Positions 48,796 through 58,943 of a stretch of DNA of 64,000 nucleotides are shown in pieces. Position 1 is the first letter of the stretch; every line of letters begins with the position of its first letter. Where the stretch lies: positions 1-64,000 of IMG/VR virus record IMGVR_UViG_3300042934_000398, one strand, 5' to 3'. The notes below the pieces were generated by a model. The model was given only the letters and a program-made list of their open reading frames with translations, was not told the origin of the DNA and did no database searches. Origin of the DNA: a virus. A program made the position numbers and the translations under genes.

Positions 48796-48825
48796 AAAAT
48801 AATAATATACACAAAACTATTAACT

Positions 48826-48853
48826 TGCTACTGTCTGAAATATGGCAGTAGCA
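48826..48853 (+). terminator. Intergenic hairpin
   Basis: TGCTACTG/CAGTAGCA stem. Confidence 0.45.
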
Positions 48854-48881
48854 TACAACATGAATATAAGGAGATTATTGA

Positions 48882-49994
48882 ATGGGAAAATACGGAAAAA
48901 AGAATCATGTTAAACTAGATCCATTAGCTTATAACTTATGCCTTCTTGGAGAATCAAAAGTTGGAAAAACTACACTTATTAAAGAAGTATGTGAAAAGTT
49001 GGCAGGAGATGATGGATACTTATTTTTAGAATGTTTCCACGAAGCAGGTGCAGACGCAATTGAAGGAATTAATTATGAAGATGTTCCTGATTGGGAGTAT
49101 TTTGAGGAAATTTGTGAAGACATTATTGATAACAAGACTAAAGATTATGCAGAATTAAAAACAGTTGTCATTGATACATACGATCAATTAATTACTCTAG
49201 CAGAACAGGAGTCAATTAGATTGTGGAATAGAGACAATCCCGACAAAAGAGCAGATAGTATTAATGCTGCATGGGGAGGTTTTGGTAAAGGAGAAAAGAA
49301 AGCAATTGAACTTATGTTTAATAAGTTTGCCGAGTTAAGGAGAGTTGGGGTTGCAACAATTATTATTGGTCACGTAAAAACAAAAGATGTTACAGATGTT
49401 GTTAGTGGTGAAACATATCAGACACTTACAAGTGATCAACAACAGAATTATTTCAACGCTTTAAAGAAAAATCTTCACTTCTTGGGACTTGCATACATAG
49501 ATAGAACTATCATAAAAGAAAAAACTGGAAAGAAAAATATTGTTACAAAGAAAGAAGAAACTGTAAGTAAAGTACAGGAAGAAACAAGGAAAATTAAGTT
49601 TAGAGATGATAATTTCTGTGTAGATAGTGGTTCAAGATTTGCTGAAATTGTTTCTGAAATTGATTTGAATGCAGATCAATTTATTAAGGCGATTACTGAC
49701 GCAATTAAAGCAGAACAGTCTAAGTCTGGCAAAACATTAGAACAGACCAAAGAAGAACAGGCAAAAGAAGAGGCTGATAAGATAAAATCTATTGCTAAAG
49801 CAGAAGAAGATAACAAATCAAAAAAAGCTTTAAACGAAAAAATTGCTATGATTACTGAATATATCAAAGAGAATAAGTCAGATATGAGCTTAATTAAACC
49901 TATTTTAGAGTTAAGCAAAGAGTTGGGTTATTCAAAACCAACAGATATTACCGATGTTGATGATGCAGATAAAGTATTAGAACTCATCAAATAA
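48882..49994 (+). CDS. AAA ATPase (Sak4-like recombination protein)
   Basis: GESKVGKT Walker A, VVIDT, IIGH. Confidence 0.75.
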   Translation: MGKYGKKNHVKLDPLAYNLCLLGESKVGKTTLIKEVCEKLAGDDGYLFLECFHEAGADAIEGINYEDVPDWEYFEEICEDIIDNKTKDYAELKTVVIDTYDQLITLAEQESIRLWNRDNPDKRADSINAAWGGFGKGEKKAIELMFNKFAELRRVGVATIIIGHVKTKDVTDVVSGETYQTLTSDQQQNYFNALKKNLHFLGLAYIDRTIIKEKTGKKNIVTKKEETVSKVQEETRKIKFRDDNFCVDSGSRFAEIVSEIDLNADQFIKAITDAIKAEQSKSGKTLEQTKEEQAKEEADKIKSIAKAEEDNKSKKALNEKIAMITEYIKENKSDMSLIKPILELSKELGYSKPTDITDVDDADKVLELIK

Positions 49995-50057
49995 CTAGTT
50001 TGAATTAGAAATAGGGAGTGTTTATTGCACTCCCTTAATATTAAAGGTGGTGAATTT

Positions 50058-50513
50058 ATGGCAAAAATGACAAAGGAAGAATTAAAACAATGGGATGATT
50101 TATATTGGTATGTAAAAAAAGAGATAATGCTATATGATGAAAATCAGGCATTACCAAACAATATTGTATTAAGGTTAAAAGGACTGACGCAAGGTAAATT
50201 AATAGCAAATAATAAAACAGAAAACAAAGCTAAATATACATATGAAACAATTTTATATACATTCAAAATATGTAAAACAACAATTATGAGTGCATTATAT
50301 GGTAAAACATTTAAAAATGAAATGAGTAAATTTATATATATCGCAGCAATAGTAGAAAACAATATTAACGATGTTTATATGAGAATTAGCAATGCTAAGA
50401 AATCACAAGAAAAAACAGAAGTAATTAACATAGATACTGTTTGTCATGAATGTGCTGAATACACAAGAAAGACAGATGATAAGGTAAATAAAAAATTAGA
50501 GGGGTTATGGTGA
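50058..50513 (+). CDS. Hypothetical replication protein
   Basis: Between the ATPase and helicase genes. Confidence 0.6.
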   Translation: MAKMTKEELKQWDDLYWYVKKEIMLYDENQALPNNIVLRLKGLTQGKLIANNKTENKAKYTYETILYTFKICKTTIMSALYGKTFKNEMSKFIYIAAIVENNINDVYMRISNAKKSQEKTEVINIDTVCHECAEYTRKTDDKVNKKLEGLW

Positions 50514-50514
50514 T

Positions 50515-52014
50515 ATGGCGACAAATAAAAGTATAAAATTGACACCATTCCAAGAGGAATTGGTTGCAACTTTAAAAAAAGTGAATGAATTTAAAGAGGC
50601 TTGTGAAGCCAATGTTGTTGCTATTTTATATAAACAACCTGAATTAATATATGAAACAAATTTAAAGTTGGATGATTTTAATAGTAATGTATGGAGAGTT
50701 TATTTCACAATAGCCAATGATTTAATTCAAGTTGAGGATAAAAAGATTTTAGACGAGATTACAGTTGGTCTATACCTTGAGAAGCACTCAAAATTAAGTA
50801 AACAATATGATGAGTATAATGGGTATGAAACAATTTCAAAAGCTGGTTCATATGTAAAGGTTGAAAATTTTGATGGATATATTAAGGATTTAAAAAAATG
50901 GAATAAAGTCATTCAGTTAGCTAAGTGGGGTTTTCCAGTAAAGGATAGATTGAGTGATTATTGCGATATGAAAGCTGAAGATATCTATAACGAATTTGAA
51001 ACATTTATTAATCATATGTTTATGGACGTTGAAGGAGAAGTTAAAAGTTATAATGCTTTTGATGGATTACATGAGTTAATAGATGAGCTTGATAAGGGTG
51101 CAGGTATTGGATTGCCATTACATAATTGTGAAATACTTAATAAGGAAATAGGTGGTTTAAATCCAAACGGAAACATATATGGTCTAGGTGCTAACTCTGG
51201 AATAGGTAAATCAACAACTGCAATTAACTATATTTTCCCATCAATAATTAAATACGACGAAAAAATAGTTATGATGATCAATGAAGAAGATCAAACAAAA
51301 GTACAAAAAGAGTTATTAATATGGGTAGCAAACAATATTTTCAAAGAAGAATTGCATAAATACATATTAAGAGATGGAAAATTTAGTGAAGAAACAAAAA
51401 AATTACTTAGAAAATGTGCTGATTGGTTGGCAGAAAAAAAAGACAATAAGAATATTACAGTTATACCTCTTGAAAGATATTCAGCTAAAACTGCAATTAA
51501 GATTATTAAGAAGTACAGTGGTTTAGGATGTAAGTATTTTATACTTGATACTCTAAAAGAAAGTTGTGATGCTAAATCAGACGAAATATTTAAATCCATG
51601 ATGCGTGATACAGTGGAATTATATGATGTTGTAAAACCTTCAGCAAAAAATGTATGCCTATTTATGACATATCAGTTAGGAAAGGCAAGTATTAAACAAA
51701 GATATTTAACTAACAATGAAATAGGACAGGCAAAGTCTATTGTCGATGTAATGTCTGTAAATCTTATGATGAGAAAACCTTTTGATGATGAGTATGCAGG
51801 TGGAAAACGTGAAATAGTGGGATATAAGTTAGAAGGAAAGAATGGCAAAAGTAGAATACCATTTAAGCTAGACAGAGAGAAACATTATATGATTATGTTT
51901 ATTCCTAAGAACAGATTTGGACAGACAGACGCATTTCAAATTATTAGTGAATATAACTTATCAACAAATGTTTATAAAGATATTGGTATTACAAATATAG
52001 TACAAGACTTCTAA
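50515..52014 (+). CDS. dnaB: DnaB-like replicative helicase
   Basis: GANSGIGKST, ILDTLK, YQL, KNRFG. Confidence 0.8.
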   Translation: MATNKSIKLTPFQEELVATLKKVNEFKEACEANVVAILYKQPELIYETNLKLDDFNSNVWRVYFTIANDLIQVEDKKILDEITVGLYLEKHSKLSKQYDEYNGYETISKAGSYVKVENFDGYIKDLKKWNKVIQLAKWGFPVKDRLSDYCDMKAEDIYNEFETFINHMFMDVEGEVKSYNAFDGLHELIDELDKGAGIGLPLHNCEILNKEIGGLNPNGNIYGLGANSGIGKSTTAINYIFPSIIKYDEKIVMMINEEDQTKVQKELLIWVANNIFKEELHKYILRDGKFSEETKKLLRKCADWLAEKKDNKNITVIPLERYSAKTAIKIIKKYSGLGCKYFILDTLKESCDAKSDEIFKSMMRDTVELYDVVKPSAKNVCLFMTYQLGKASIKQRYLTNNEIGQAKSIVDVMSVNLMMRKPFDDEYAGGKREIVGYKLEGKNGKSRIPFKLDREKHYMIMFIPKNRFGQTDAFQIISEYNLSTNVYKDIGITNIVQDF

Positions 52015-52053
52015 TAATAAATAATAATAAACAATGGAAAGGATGATATTTAC

Positions 52054-53151
52054 TTGGATGTTGTAAGTTTAAAAGAATACATATACAAAGAAAACAAAAT
52101 TGAATACATATTAGAACAGATTGGATGTCATTCGATTAAATATCATCCTAATAAAGAGTATTTTTCATGTGGAAACATTAGTAATAAAGATGGCGATGGA
52201 GATAATATCAATGCAATTAATATTAAAAACAACATGTATTTAAATTGCGTTAATTATACAAGAAAAAAACATTTTGATGATAAATCTGATTTGATTACAT
52301 TAATACAATACAACAAAGATTTATCATTTAAAAAGGCTATGAGATATACACATAATTTATTAGGATTGCAATTTACATATAAAAAAGAAGAAGAAAAGAA
52401 AAAGGATGTTTTTGATCCACTTGCAGTATTTAAGAAAGTTAAAAAATACAGAAAGCAAAACAATGTATCAGATATAGAAGTGTTAGATGATGAGATACTA
52501 GAAGATTATACACCATGTATTCATGTTAATTGGGTTAAGGAAGGAATTACTCAATATACAGTAAACAAGTTTCAATTAGGATATAGCTTTAGAAGACAGA
52601 GAGTTATAATCCCTGTTAGGTATTGGCTTACTGGCGAATTAATTGGTATCACTGGAAGAACTATGGTAGAAAACTATGATGAATTTGATATACCAAAATA
52701 TTTTGCTATTAAGCCATATACAAAAACTATTAATCTGTATGGATTGTATGAAAACTATGAAACTATTGAAAAGGCTGGATATGCGATAATTTGGGAGTCT
52801 GAGAAATCGGTTTTAAAACGTCATAGTTTGTTGGATGGTACTGGTGTTGCAGTTGGTTGTCATGATATTTCTGATGAACAAGTAAGAATACTATTAGGAT
52901 TAAATATTAGTGAGATAATTATAAGCTTTGATAAAGGTATAGATATAGATTATATAAGACATTGTTGTGAAAAGTTTTATCACTTACGAAAGGTAAGTTA
53001 TATATATGATAAATGGGATTTATTAGAAGACAAAGAAGCTCCTGCCGACAAGCCAAATAAGATATATGAGTTTTTATTTAAGTATAGGACAGTCTATGAT
53101 GAATTTGAACATAAAGAATATTTGAAATCACTAGAAAGGAAGATTAAATGA
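52054..53151 (+). CDS. dnaG: DNA primase
   Basis: RVIIP, GITGR, PKY, LYGL, WESEKS and SFD Toprim motifs. Confidence 0.75.
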   Translation: MDVVSLKEYIYKENKIEYILEQIGCHSIKYHPNKEYFSCGNISNKDGDGDNINAINIKNNMYLNCVNYTRKKHFDDKSDLITLIQYNKDLSFKKAMRYTHNLLGLQFTYKKEEEKKKDVFDPLAVFKKVKKYRKQNNVSDIEVLDDEILEDYTPCIHVNWVKEGITQYTVNKFQLGYSFRRQRVIIPVRYWLTGELIGITGRTMVENYDEFDIPKYFAIKPYTKTINLYGLYENYETIEKAGYAIIWESEKSVLKRHSLLDGTGVAVGCHDISDEQVRILLGLNISEIIISFDKGIDIDYIRHCCEKFYHLRKVSYIYDKWDLLEDKEAPADKPNKIYEFLFKYRTVYDEFEHKEYLKSLERKIK

Positions 53152-54317
53152 GAAAAACATACGAAGAGTTAAATAATATAAAAGATAAATATGGAGTTGA
53201 TACACTATGGAGTTGGTCACGATATTATAAATACAAGACTTCTCCATATGAATATTTCTTATCATATGTAGTAAATCCTAAAGTAAAACCAGATAGAGAT
53301 GATTCAATATATGGTGCTAGTGGAGGATTTGCACACGACATCTTAGAGAAGTTTTATAAAAAAGAAATTACATACAATGAATTAGCTACTGAATTTGACG
53401 ATGCAGCAATTACATTAGAAGTTGCAGATTTGAAATTTGATAGAAGTAATGAAGAAAAGAACGATACAATCAAAGAAAAGTATATGGCTAATTTAAAACA
53501 CTTCTTCAAGAATCATAAACCTATTACAGTAAAAGTAGATTTAGAAAGATTTATTACAATTAAAGTAGGTAAATATATATTTCAAGGATATATTGATCTA
53601 ACAAAGAAGGATTCAGATGGTAATTTTATTATTCAGGATTGGAAAACATCTTCAATTTATAAAGGAGAAAAAGCAATTGGAGAGGCAGGACAGCTTATTT
53701 TATATGCAGAAGGATTACGACAATTAGGTATTCCACTAGAAAAAATTAAAATATGTTGGAACTTCCTTAAATATGTTAACGTTACAACTGAATTAAAGAA
53801 TGGTAAAAATAATATTAGACAAATAGAACGATGTAAGATAGGAGAAAGTTTAAAAGCAAACTCAAAAACATGGTTGAAACATTTCGGTTATAGCGAAGAA
53901 GAGATTGACGACTATATTGAATTGCTAATCACAACCAATGACATTAAATGTCTACCAAAAGAAGTGCAAGAAAAATATATTATTGATGATTGTTATATAT
54001 TTGTAGATTTAACACAGGATCTTATTGATGAATTGAAAGAAGATATTGTTAAAACTCTTGATGAGATTTGTGACATAGAAGAACGATATAAAATAACTAA
54101 AGATGAGTCACTATTCTTTGATTCAGATGAAAGCGTAGATAAACAAAGTTATTATTTTGCTAATTTATGTTCTTATTCAGCAAATTTACATAAACCATAT
54201 AAGAAATATTTAGATAAATTAGAAACCAAAAAGAATGGAACTGATATGTTTGGTGGAGTTGGCAGTGATTTAAACGATAATGAAACAGATGATTTGGAAT
54301 GGTTAAATAGTTTATAG
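53148..54317 (+). CDS. PD-(D/E)xK exonuclease (RecB/Cas4-like)
   Basis: SWSR, GYIDL, IQDWKT, QLILY. Confidence 0.8.
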   Translation: MRKTYEELNNIKDKYGVDTLWSWSRYYKYKTSPYEYFLSYVVNPKVKPDRDDSIYGASGGFAHDILEKFYKKEITYNELATEFDDAAITLEVADLKFDRSNEEKNDTIKEKYMANLKHFFKNHKPITVKVDLERFITIKVGKYIFQGYIDLTKKDSDGNFIIQDWKTSSIYKGEKAIGEAGQLILYAEGLRQLGIPLEKIKICWNFLKYVNVTTELKNGKNNIRQIERCKIGESLKANSKTWLKHFGYSEEEIDDYIELLITTNDIKCLPKEVQEKYIIDDCYIFVDLTQDLIDELKEDIVKTLDEICDIEERYKITKDESLFFDSDESVDKQSYYFANLCSYSANLHKPYKKYLDKLETKKNGTDMFGGVGSDLNDNETDDLEWLNSL

Positions 54318-54328
54318 GAGGTGGTTAA

Positions 54329-57300
54329 GTGGATAATAATTATACGGTGTATCATTTACATGACGATACAAGTAATTGTAATGGATACGCAGATTCATGT
54401 TCTAATTTTAAAGAGTATATTAAACTTGCAAAAAAGCAAGGAATGAAAGCGATTGCATTTAGTAATCATGGTGGAATATATGATTGGATAAAGAAAAAAC
54501 AAGAGTGTGATAAAGCAGGAATTAAATATATTCACGGAGTAGAGTTATATTTGTGTGGGAAATTAGAGGATGATGATAGAGGCGGACATATTGGTTTATA
54601 TGCAAAGAATTATAAAGGTGTACTTGAGCTAAATGAATTGATTTCATTATCCACATCAAAAGGTGTTTGTGAAGATAATTCTGATAGACACATGTATTAT
54701 AATCCACGTATTTCGCTTGAAGAATTGATGAATACAAGTGACAACATTATGGTTGTTACAGCTTGTTTAGCTTCGCCATTGAATAAATGGGACAATAATG
54801 AAAAAATAAACGATTATAATACAATTGTTGAATGGTTGTCAAAAAACAAACATAGATGTTTTCTTGAAATACAATACCATAATTGTGAAGATCAAATTAG
54901 ATATAATAATAAGTTGTATAAATTAAGTTTAGAAAAAGGTATACCTTTAATTGCTGGAACAGATACACATTCATCAAGTAAATACAAAGCAGAATGCAGA
55001 AAGATATTACAGATATACAAAAAAAGTTTCTATGGCAGTGAAGATGAATTTGATTTGACGTGGAAAAATTATGATGAGTTGGTTGAAGCATTTAAATTAC
55101 AAAAATCACTAGCAGAAGAAGTTTTTATGAATGCAATTAATAATACTAATGTATTTGCTAATATGGTTGAAGATTTTAAGTTTGATAAGAATTTTAAATA
55201 TCCGACATTATATGGTGATAATGTAAGACAGCAGTGGATGGATTTGATTTATAGAAAATATGAAGAAAAAAAATCTAATAATTGTTTAGACTTAATAAAT
55301 CATACTGAAAAAGAGTATAAAGAAAAGATAAAAGAAGAATTTAAAGTAATGTGTAAACTTGGAATGGAAAGCTTTATGATGTTTATGTCTGAATTGTTAG
55401 AATGGTGTACAAACAATGGTATACCATATGGTTTTGGAAGAGGTAGTGTGGCCGGTAGCACTATTGCTTACATAACAGATATTACAGATACAGATCCTAT
55501 TGTGTGGAAAACAGTATTTTCTAGATTTTGTAATGAAGATAGAATATCGCTTGGAGATATTGATGTAGACTTTGCACCAGAAGACAGAGAAAAAGTTTAT
55601 AAATATATTATCGAAAGATTTACTCCACAAAAAACAGCATATATTGCTGCATTTTCAACATTACAAGATAGAGGATGTATAGATGTATTAGCTGGTGGAC
55701 TTGGATATAAAGATTTGGGAAAAGTAATGGATATTAAAAACCAATTTGACGAATTATTTAATACATATAGTAAAATTATGCAAGAAGAAGTAAATAGCGA
55801 AGAATTGGTTGAAAACGGTATATTAGAATCATCTACAATCACTTTTGATAATCATAATATTTATATGACTAGAATTAATAACAAGGATGCGAAAATAAAA
55901 GCAGAAAAAACTAAAAATTCATATGACTCTTTAATTAATGATAACCAAGACTTATTCTACTATTTAAAAGGATTAAAAGGTACTATAGTTGCAAAAGGAA
56001 CTCATCCTAGCGGTATTATAGGATCACCTATAACACTGGCTGATAGTATTGGATTATTCTATAAAGATGGAGATTTAAACATGCCTGTATCAACATGTGC
56101 GATGAAAGCTGTCGATTCGCTTAACTACGTAAAATTTGATATATTAGGACTTAAAACAGTTGGAATTATTAAAGATGCTTGTAGATATGCTGGAATACCA
56201 TACCCAAAAGCTCACGAAATAAATTGGGAAGATGATAAAGTTTGGAATAATATGATAGAGACTCAACAAGGGGTGTTTCAGTTTGAAGGTGATTATGCAT
56301 TTGATTTGTTGAAGAACTTCAAACCACACACAGTTAACCATATGTCTATGGTAAACGCAGCACTAAGACCGTCTGGCAAATCATACAGAGATAAAATGAT
56401 TGCAGGTGAATTTAATAAAAATCCATCAGAAGAAATTGATAAATTACTAGAAGATAATAATGGATATTTAATATTTCAAGAGGATACAATTAAATTCTTA
56501 ACAGATATTTGTGATTTTACAGGTTCTGCCGCAGACACTACTCGTAGATGCTTAGATGAAAATTCTTTAGTGTTAATGTCTAATGGAAACAGAAAAAGAA
56601 TAAAAGATGTTGAAGTTGGTGATAAGGTTGTATGTATTGATAACAGTAATAATATTACACATAAACCTGTTATCAATAAATTTAATAATGGTATAAAACA
56701 GACTTATAAAATTTATACACAACAAGATAATTATATTATTGCTACAGATAACCACAAAATATTAACACAGAACGGATGGAAACAAGTAAAAGAATTAACA
56801 AATAATGATTATGTAATGACACCATCTGTAATACATCCTACATCTGATAATTTAAAACCAAATCAGAGACTTTCTGAAAACGAAATGTTTTTATTAGGGT
56901 TATTAATTGGAGATGGCTCGATTGGAGATATAAACAATATACATTTTACAAATTCAGAACTTTGTGTTATAGAAAAATTTAAAAACTGTGTATCTGAATT
57001 ATCAAGATATAATAAAAATTGTGAGTTCACAGATCATATTCAAAATGGAGTTGAAGTTGACTATATATACTCAATTTATATTAAATCAAAAAATCATAGA
57101 ATGATTTTACAAAACTTATTAACAAAATATGACCTAGTAAAGAAGGCTGGATTGAAAAGAATACCTTATGAAATTATGAATTATCCAGTAGGTAGCAAAT
57201 TAACAAATCTACTTGCAGGATTGTTTAATACTGATGGTGGTTACAACTTAAAAAATACTTGTATTGAATATTATACAACAAGCAGAGAACTTGCCTACCA

Positions 57301-58933
57301 AATAAAGTCATTGTTAATGAAGTATAATATATATTCATATGTAGAGTCAAAAAATGTAAAAGGATATGATTATATGTGCTATCATTTAATCATACGACAA
57401 GTTGATTCAGTAGAAAAGTTTTGTAACACAATAGCAACATTGATTGTTGGAAGAAAAAAGGATGATTATTTTAATATTTTAGAGTTAGCAAAAAATAGAA
57501 CATTACAATATGATTACATTCTTCCAGAAGAGTGTTATGAAGAAATTATAAAGAATGCCAATGATAGAAATATCAGTTTTTCAGATATAGGAAATCAAAT
57601 TGGAGGATATAAACACAATGGATTTAAATTAAATAAAAACAGCACAATAACAAATACTAAAGCATTAGATATTGTAAAGTTTGTATACAGTCCTAAAACT
57701 TATGAATTATTAATGGCTGAATATATACCGTTGAAAATAATTAAAATAGAAGAATATGGTATTTCAAATGTTTATGATATTGAGGTAAAAGACAATCATA
57801 ATTATGTTGCCAACGAAATAATAGTACATAATTGTATAGGCAAAAAGGATCAAGAAGGTTTGAAAGAACAATTACCTAAAATCCTCGAAGGATACTGTAA
57901 ACACTCTAGTAAACCAAGAGAAATAGCGGAAAAAGAAGCAGAACAATTTGTTCAGATTGTAGCCGATAGCTCGGAATATCAATTTGGATTTAACCATTCT
58001 ACCAGCTACAGTATGAATGGATATGCTTGTGTAAATTTGAGAACATATTATACAATTGAATTTATTACTGCTTACTTGAATAGAGCTGAAAACGAAGAAG
58101 ATACAAATAATGGTATTAATCTTGCAAGATATTTTAATATAGAAATTAAACCAATACAATTTGGTAAATCTCTTTCAGAATATACCATAGACAGAAAAGA
58201 CAATACTATCTACAAAGGAATATTATCAATTAAGTATTGTAATTCAAAAATAGCAGAAGAACTAATGGAGTTATCCAAAAATAAATATAATAACTTTATT
58301 GAATTATTAACAGATATACATAAACAAACTTCAGTAGATGCAAGACAATTAACAATTCTTACAGGTCTTAACTTCTTTAGTATGTTTGGTAATAATAAAT
58401 ACTTGCTTAATGTAATTGAGGTTTATAATAATCTCTACAATGTAAAACAAATTAAAAAAGCTGATTTTGATAAACTTCAACTTAATGAGTTTTTGATGAA
58501 AAAATATAGTAGTAAAGAAACAGAGAAATTATACAAAGAACTCGATACAAAAGGACTTGTAACAGAAATGTGTTCTAAATTAGAAGATAAACCAATGTCA
58601 ATCATTGAACATATTAAATTTGAAATGGAATATTTGCAATATACTACATACGCAAATCCAAAAGTAAGTAAAGATTATTACGTAGTATTGGACTTTAAAA
58701 CTTATAATAATCCAGCTACTCCATATTTATTAGTAAGAAATATTAAGACTGGAGAAGAATTTAAAACAAAGATAACATCAGCAAAAATATTTAAACTTAG
58801 TCCATTTGGTCAATATAGTATATTGAAGATATATGAGTTTAGAGAACAGTTTAAAAAGAGAAAAGTTGGAGAAGAGTGGATTCCAACAGATGAAACAGAG
58901 AAGATTATAACTGCATTTGAGTGTATAAAATAA
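54329..58933 (+). CDS. dnaE: DNA polymerase III alpha subunit with intein
   Basis: PHP domain (YHLH, NHG, TDTH), GRGSVAGS, DIDVD, HPSG, KFDILGL, FNHS. Confidence 0.95.
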   Translation: MDNNYTVYHLHDDTSNCNGYADSCSNFKEYIKLAKKQGMKAIAFSNHGGIYDWIKKKQECDKAGIKYIHGVELYLCGKLEDDDRGGHIGLYAKNYKGVLELNELISLSTSKGVCEDNSDRHMYYNPRISLEELMNTSDNIMVVTACLASPLNKWDNNEKINDYNTIVEWLSKNKHRCFLEIQYHNCEDQIRYNNKLYKLSLEKGIPLIAGTDTHSSSKYKAECRKILQIYKKSFYGSEDEFDLTWKNYDELVEAFKLQKSLAEEVFMNAINNTNVFANMVEDFKFDKNFKYPTLYGDNVRQQWMDLIYRKYEEKKSNNCLDLINHTEKEYKEKIKEEFKVMCKLGMESFMMFMSELLEWCTNNGIPYGFGRGSVAGSTIAYITDITDTDPIVWKTVFSRFCNEDRISLGDIDVDFAPEDREKVYKYIIERFTPQKTAYIAAFSTLQDRGCIDVLAGGLGYKDLGKVMDIKNQFDELFNTYSKIMQEEVNSEELVENGILESSTITFDNHNIYMTRINNKDAKIKAEKTKNSYDSLINDNQDLFYYLKGLKGTIVAKGTHPSGIIGSPITLADSIGLFYKDGDLNMPVSTCAMKAVDSLNYVKFDILGLKTVGIIKDACRYAGIPYPKAHEINWEDDKVWNNMIETQQGVFQFEGDYAFDLLKNFKPHTVNHMSMVNAALRPSGKSYRDKMIAGEFNKNPSEEIDKLLEDNNGYLIFQEDTIKFLTDICDFTGSAADTTRRCLDENSLVLMSNGNRKRIKDVEVGDKVVCIDNSNNITHKPVINKFNNGIKQTYKIYTQQDNYIIATDNHKILTQNGWKQVKELTNNDYVMTPSVIHPTSDNLKPNQRLSENEMFLLGLLIGDGSIGDINNIHFTNSELCVIEKFKNCVSELSRYNKNCEFTDHIQNGVEVDYIYSIYIKSKNHRMILQNLLTKYDLVKKAGLKRIPYEIMNYPVGSKLTNLLAGLFNTDGGYNLKNTCIEYYTTSRELAYQIKSLLMKYNIYSYVESKNVKGYDYMCYHLIIRQVDSVEKFCNTIATLIVGRKKDDYFNILELAKNRTLQYDYILPEECYEEIIKNANDRNISFSDIGNQIGGYKHNGFKLNKNSTITNTKALDIVKFVYSPKTYELLMAEYIPLKIIKIEEYGISNVYDIEVKDNHNYVANEIIVHNCIGKKDQEGLKEQLPKILEGYCKHSSKPREIAEKEAEQFVQIVADSSEYQFGFNHSTSYSMNGYACVNLRTYYTIEFITAYLNRAENEEDTNNGINLARYFNIEIKPIQFGKSLSEYTIDRKDNTIYKGILSIKYCNSKIAEELMELSKNKYNNFIELLTDIHKQTSVDARQLTILTGLNFFSMFGNNKYLLNVIEVYNNLYNVKQIKKADFDKLQLNEFLMKKYSSKETEKLYKELDTKGLVTEMCSKLEDKPMSIIEHIKFEMEYLQYTTYANPKVSKDYYVVLDFKTYNNPATPYLLVRNIKTGEEFKTKITSAKIFKLSPFGQYSILKIYEFREQFKKRKVGEEWIPTDETEKIITAFECIK
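56549..57832 (+). mobile_element. 428-aa LAGLIDADG intein in DnaE
   Basis: RR|CLDENS... IIVHN|CIGKK; LLGLLIGDG and LAGLFNTDG blocks. Confidence 0.92.
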
Positions 58934-58943
58934 GTGAGGTGAT

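Noticed and set aside
53148-54317. Cas4 of a CRISPR system
   Set aside because: Embedded in the replication operon, no Fe-S cysteine set, no array
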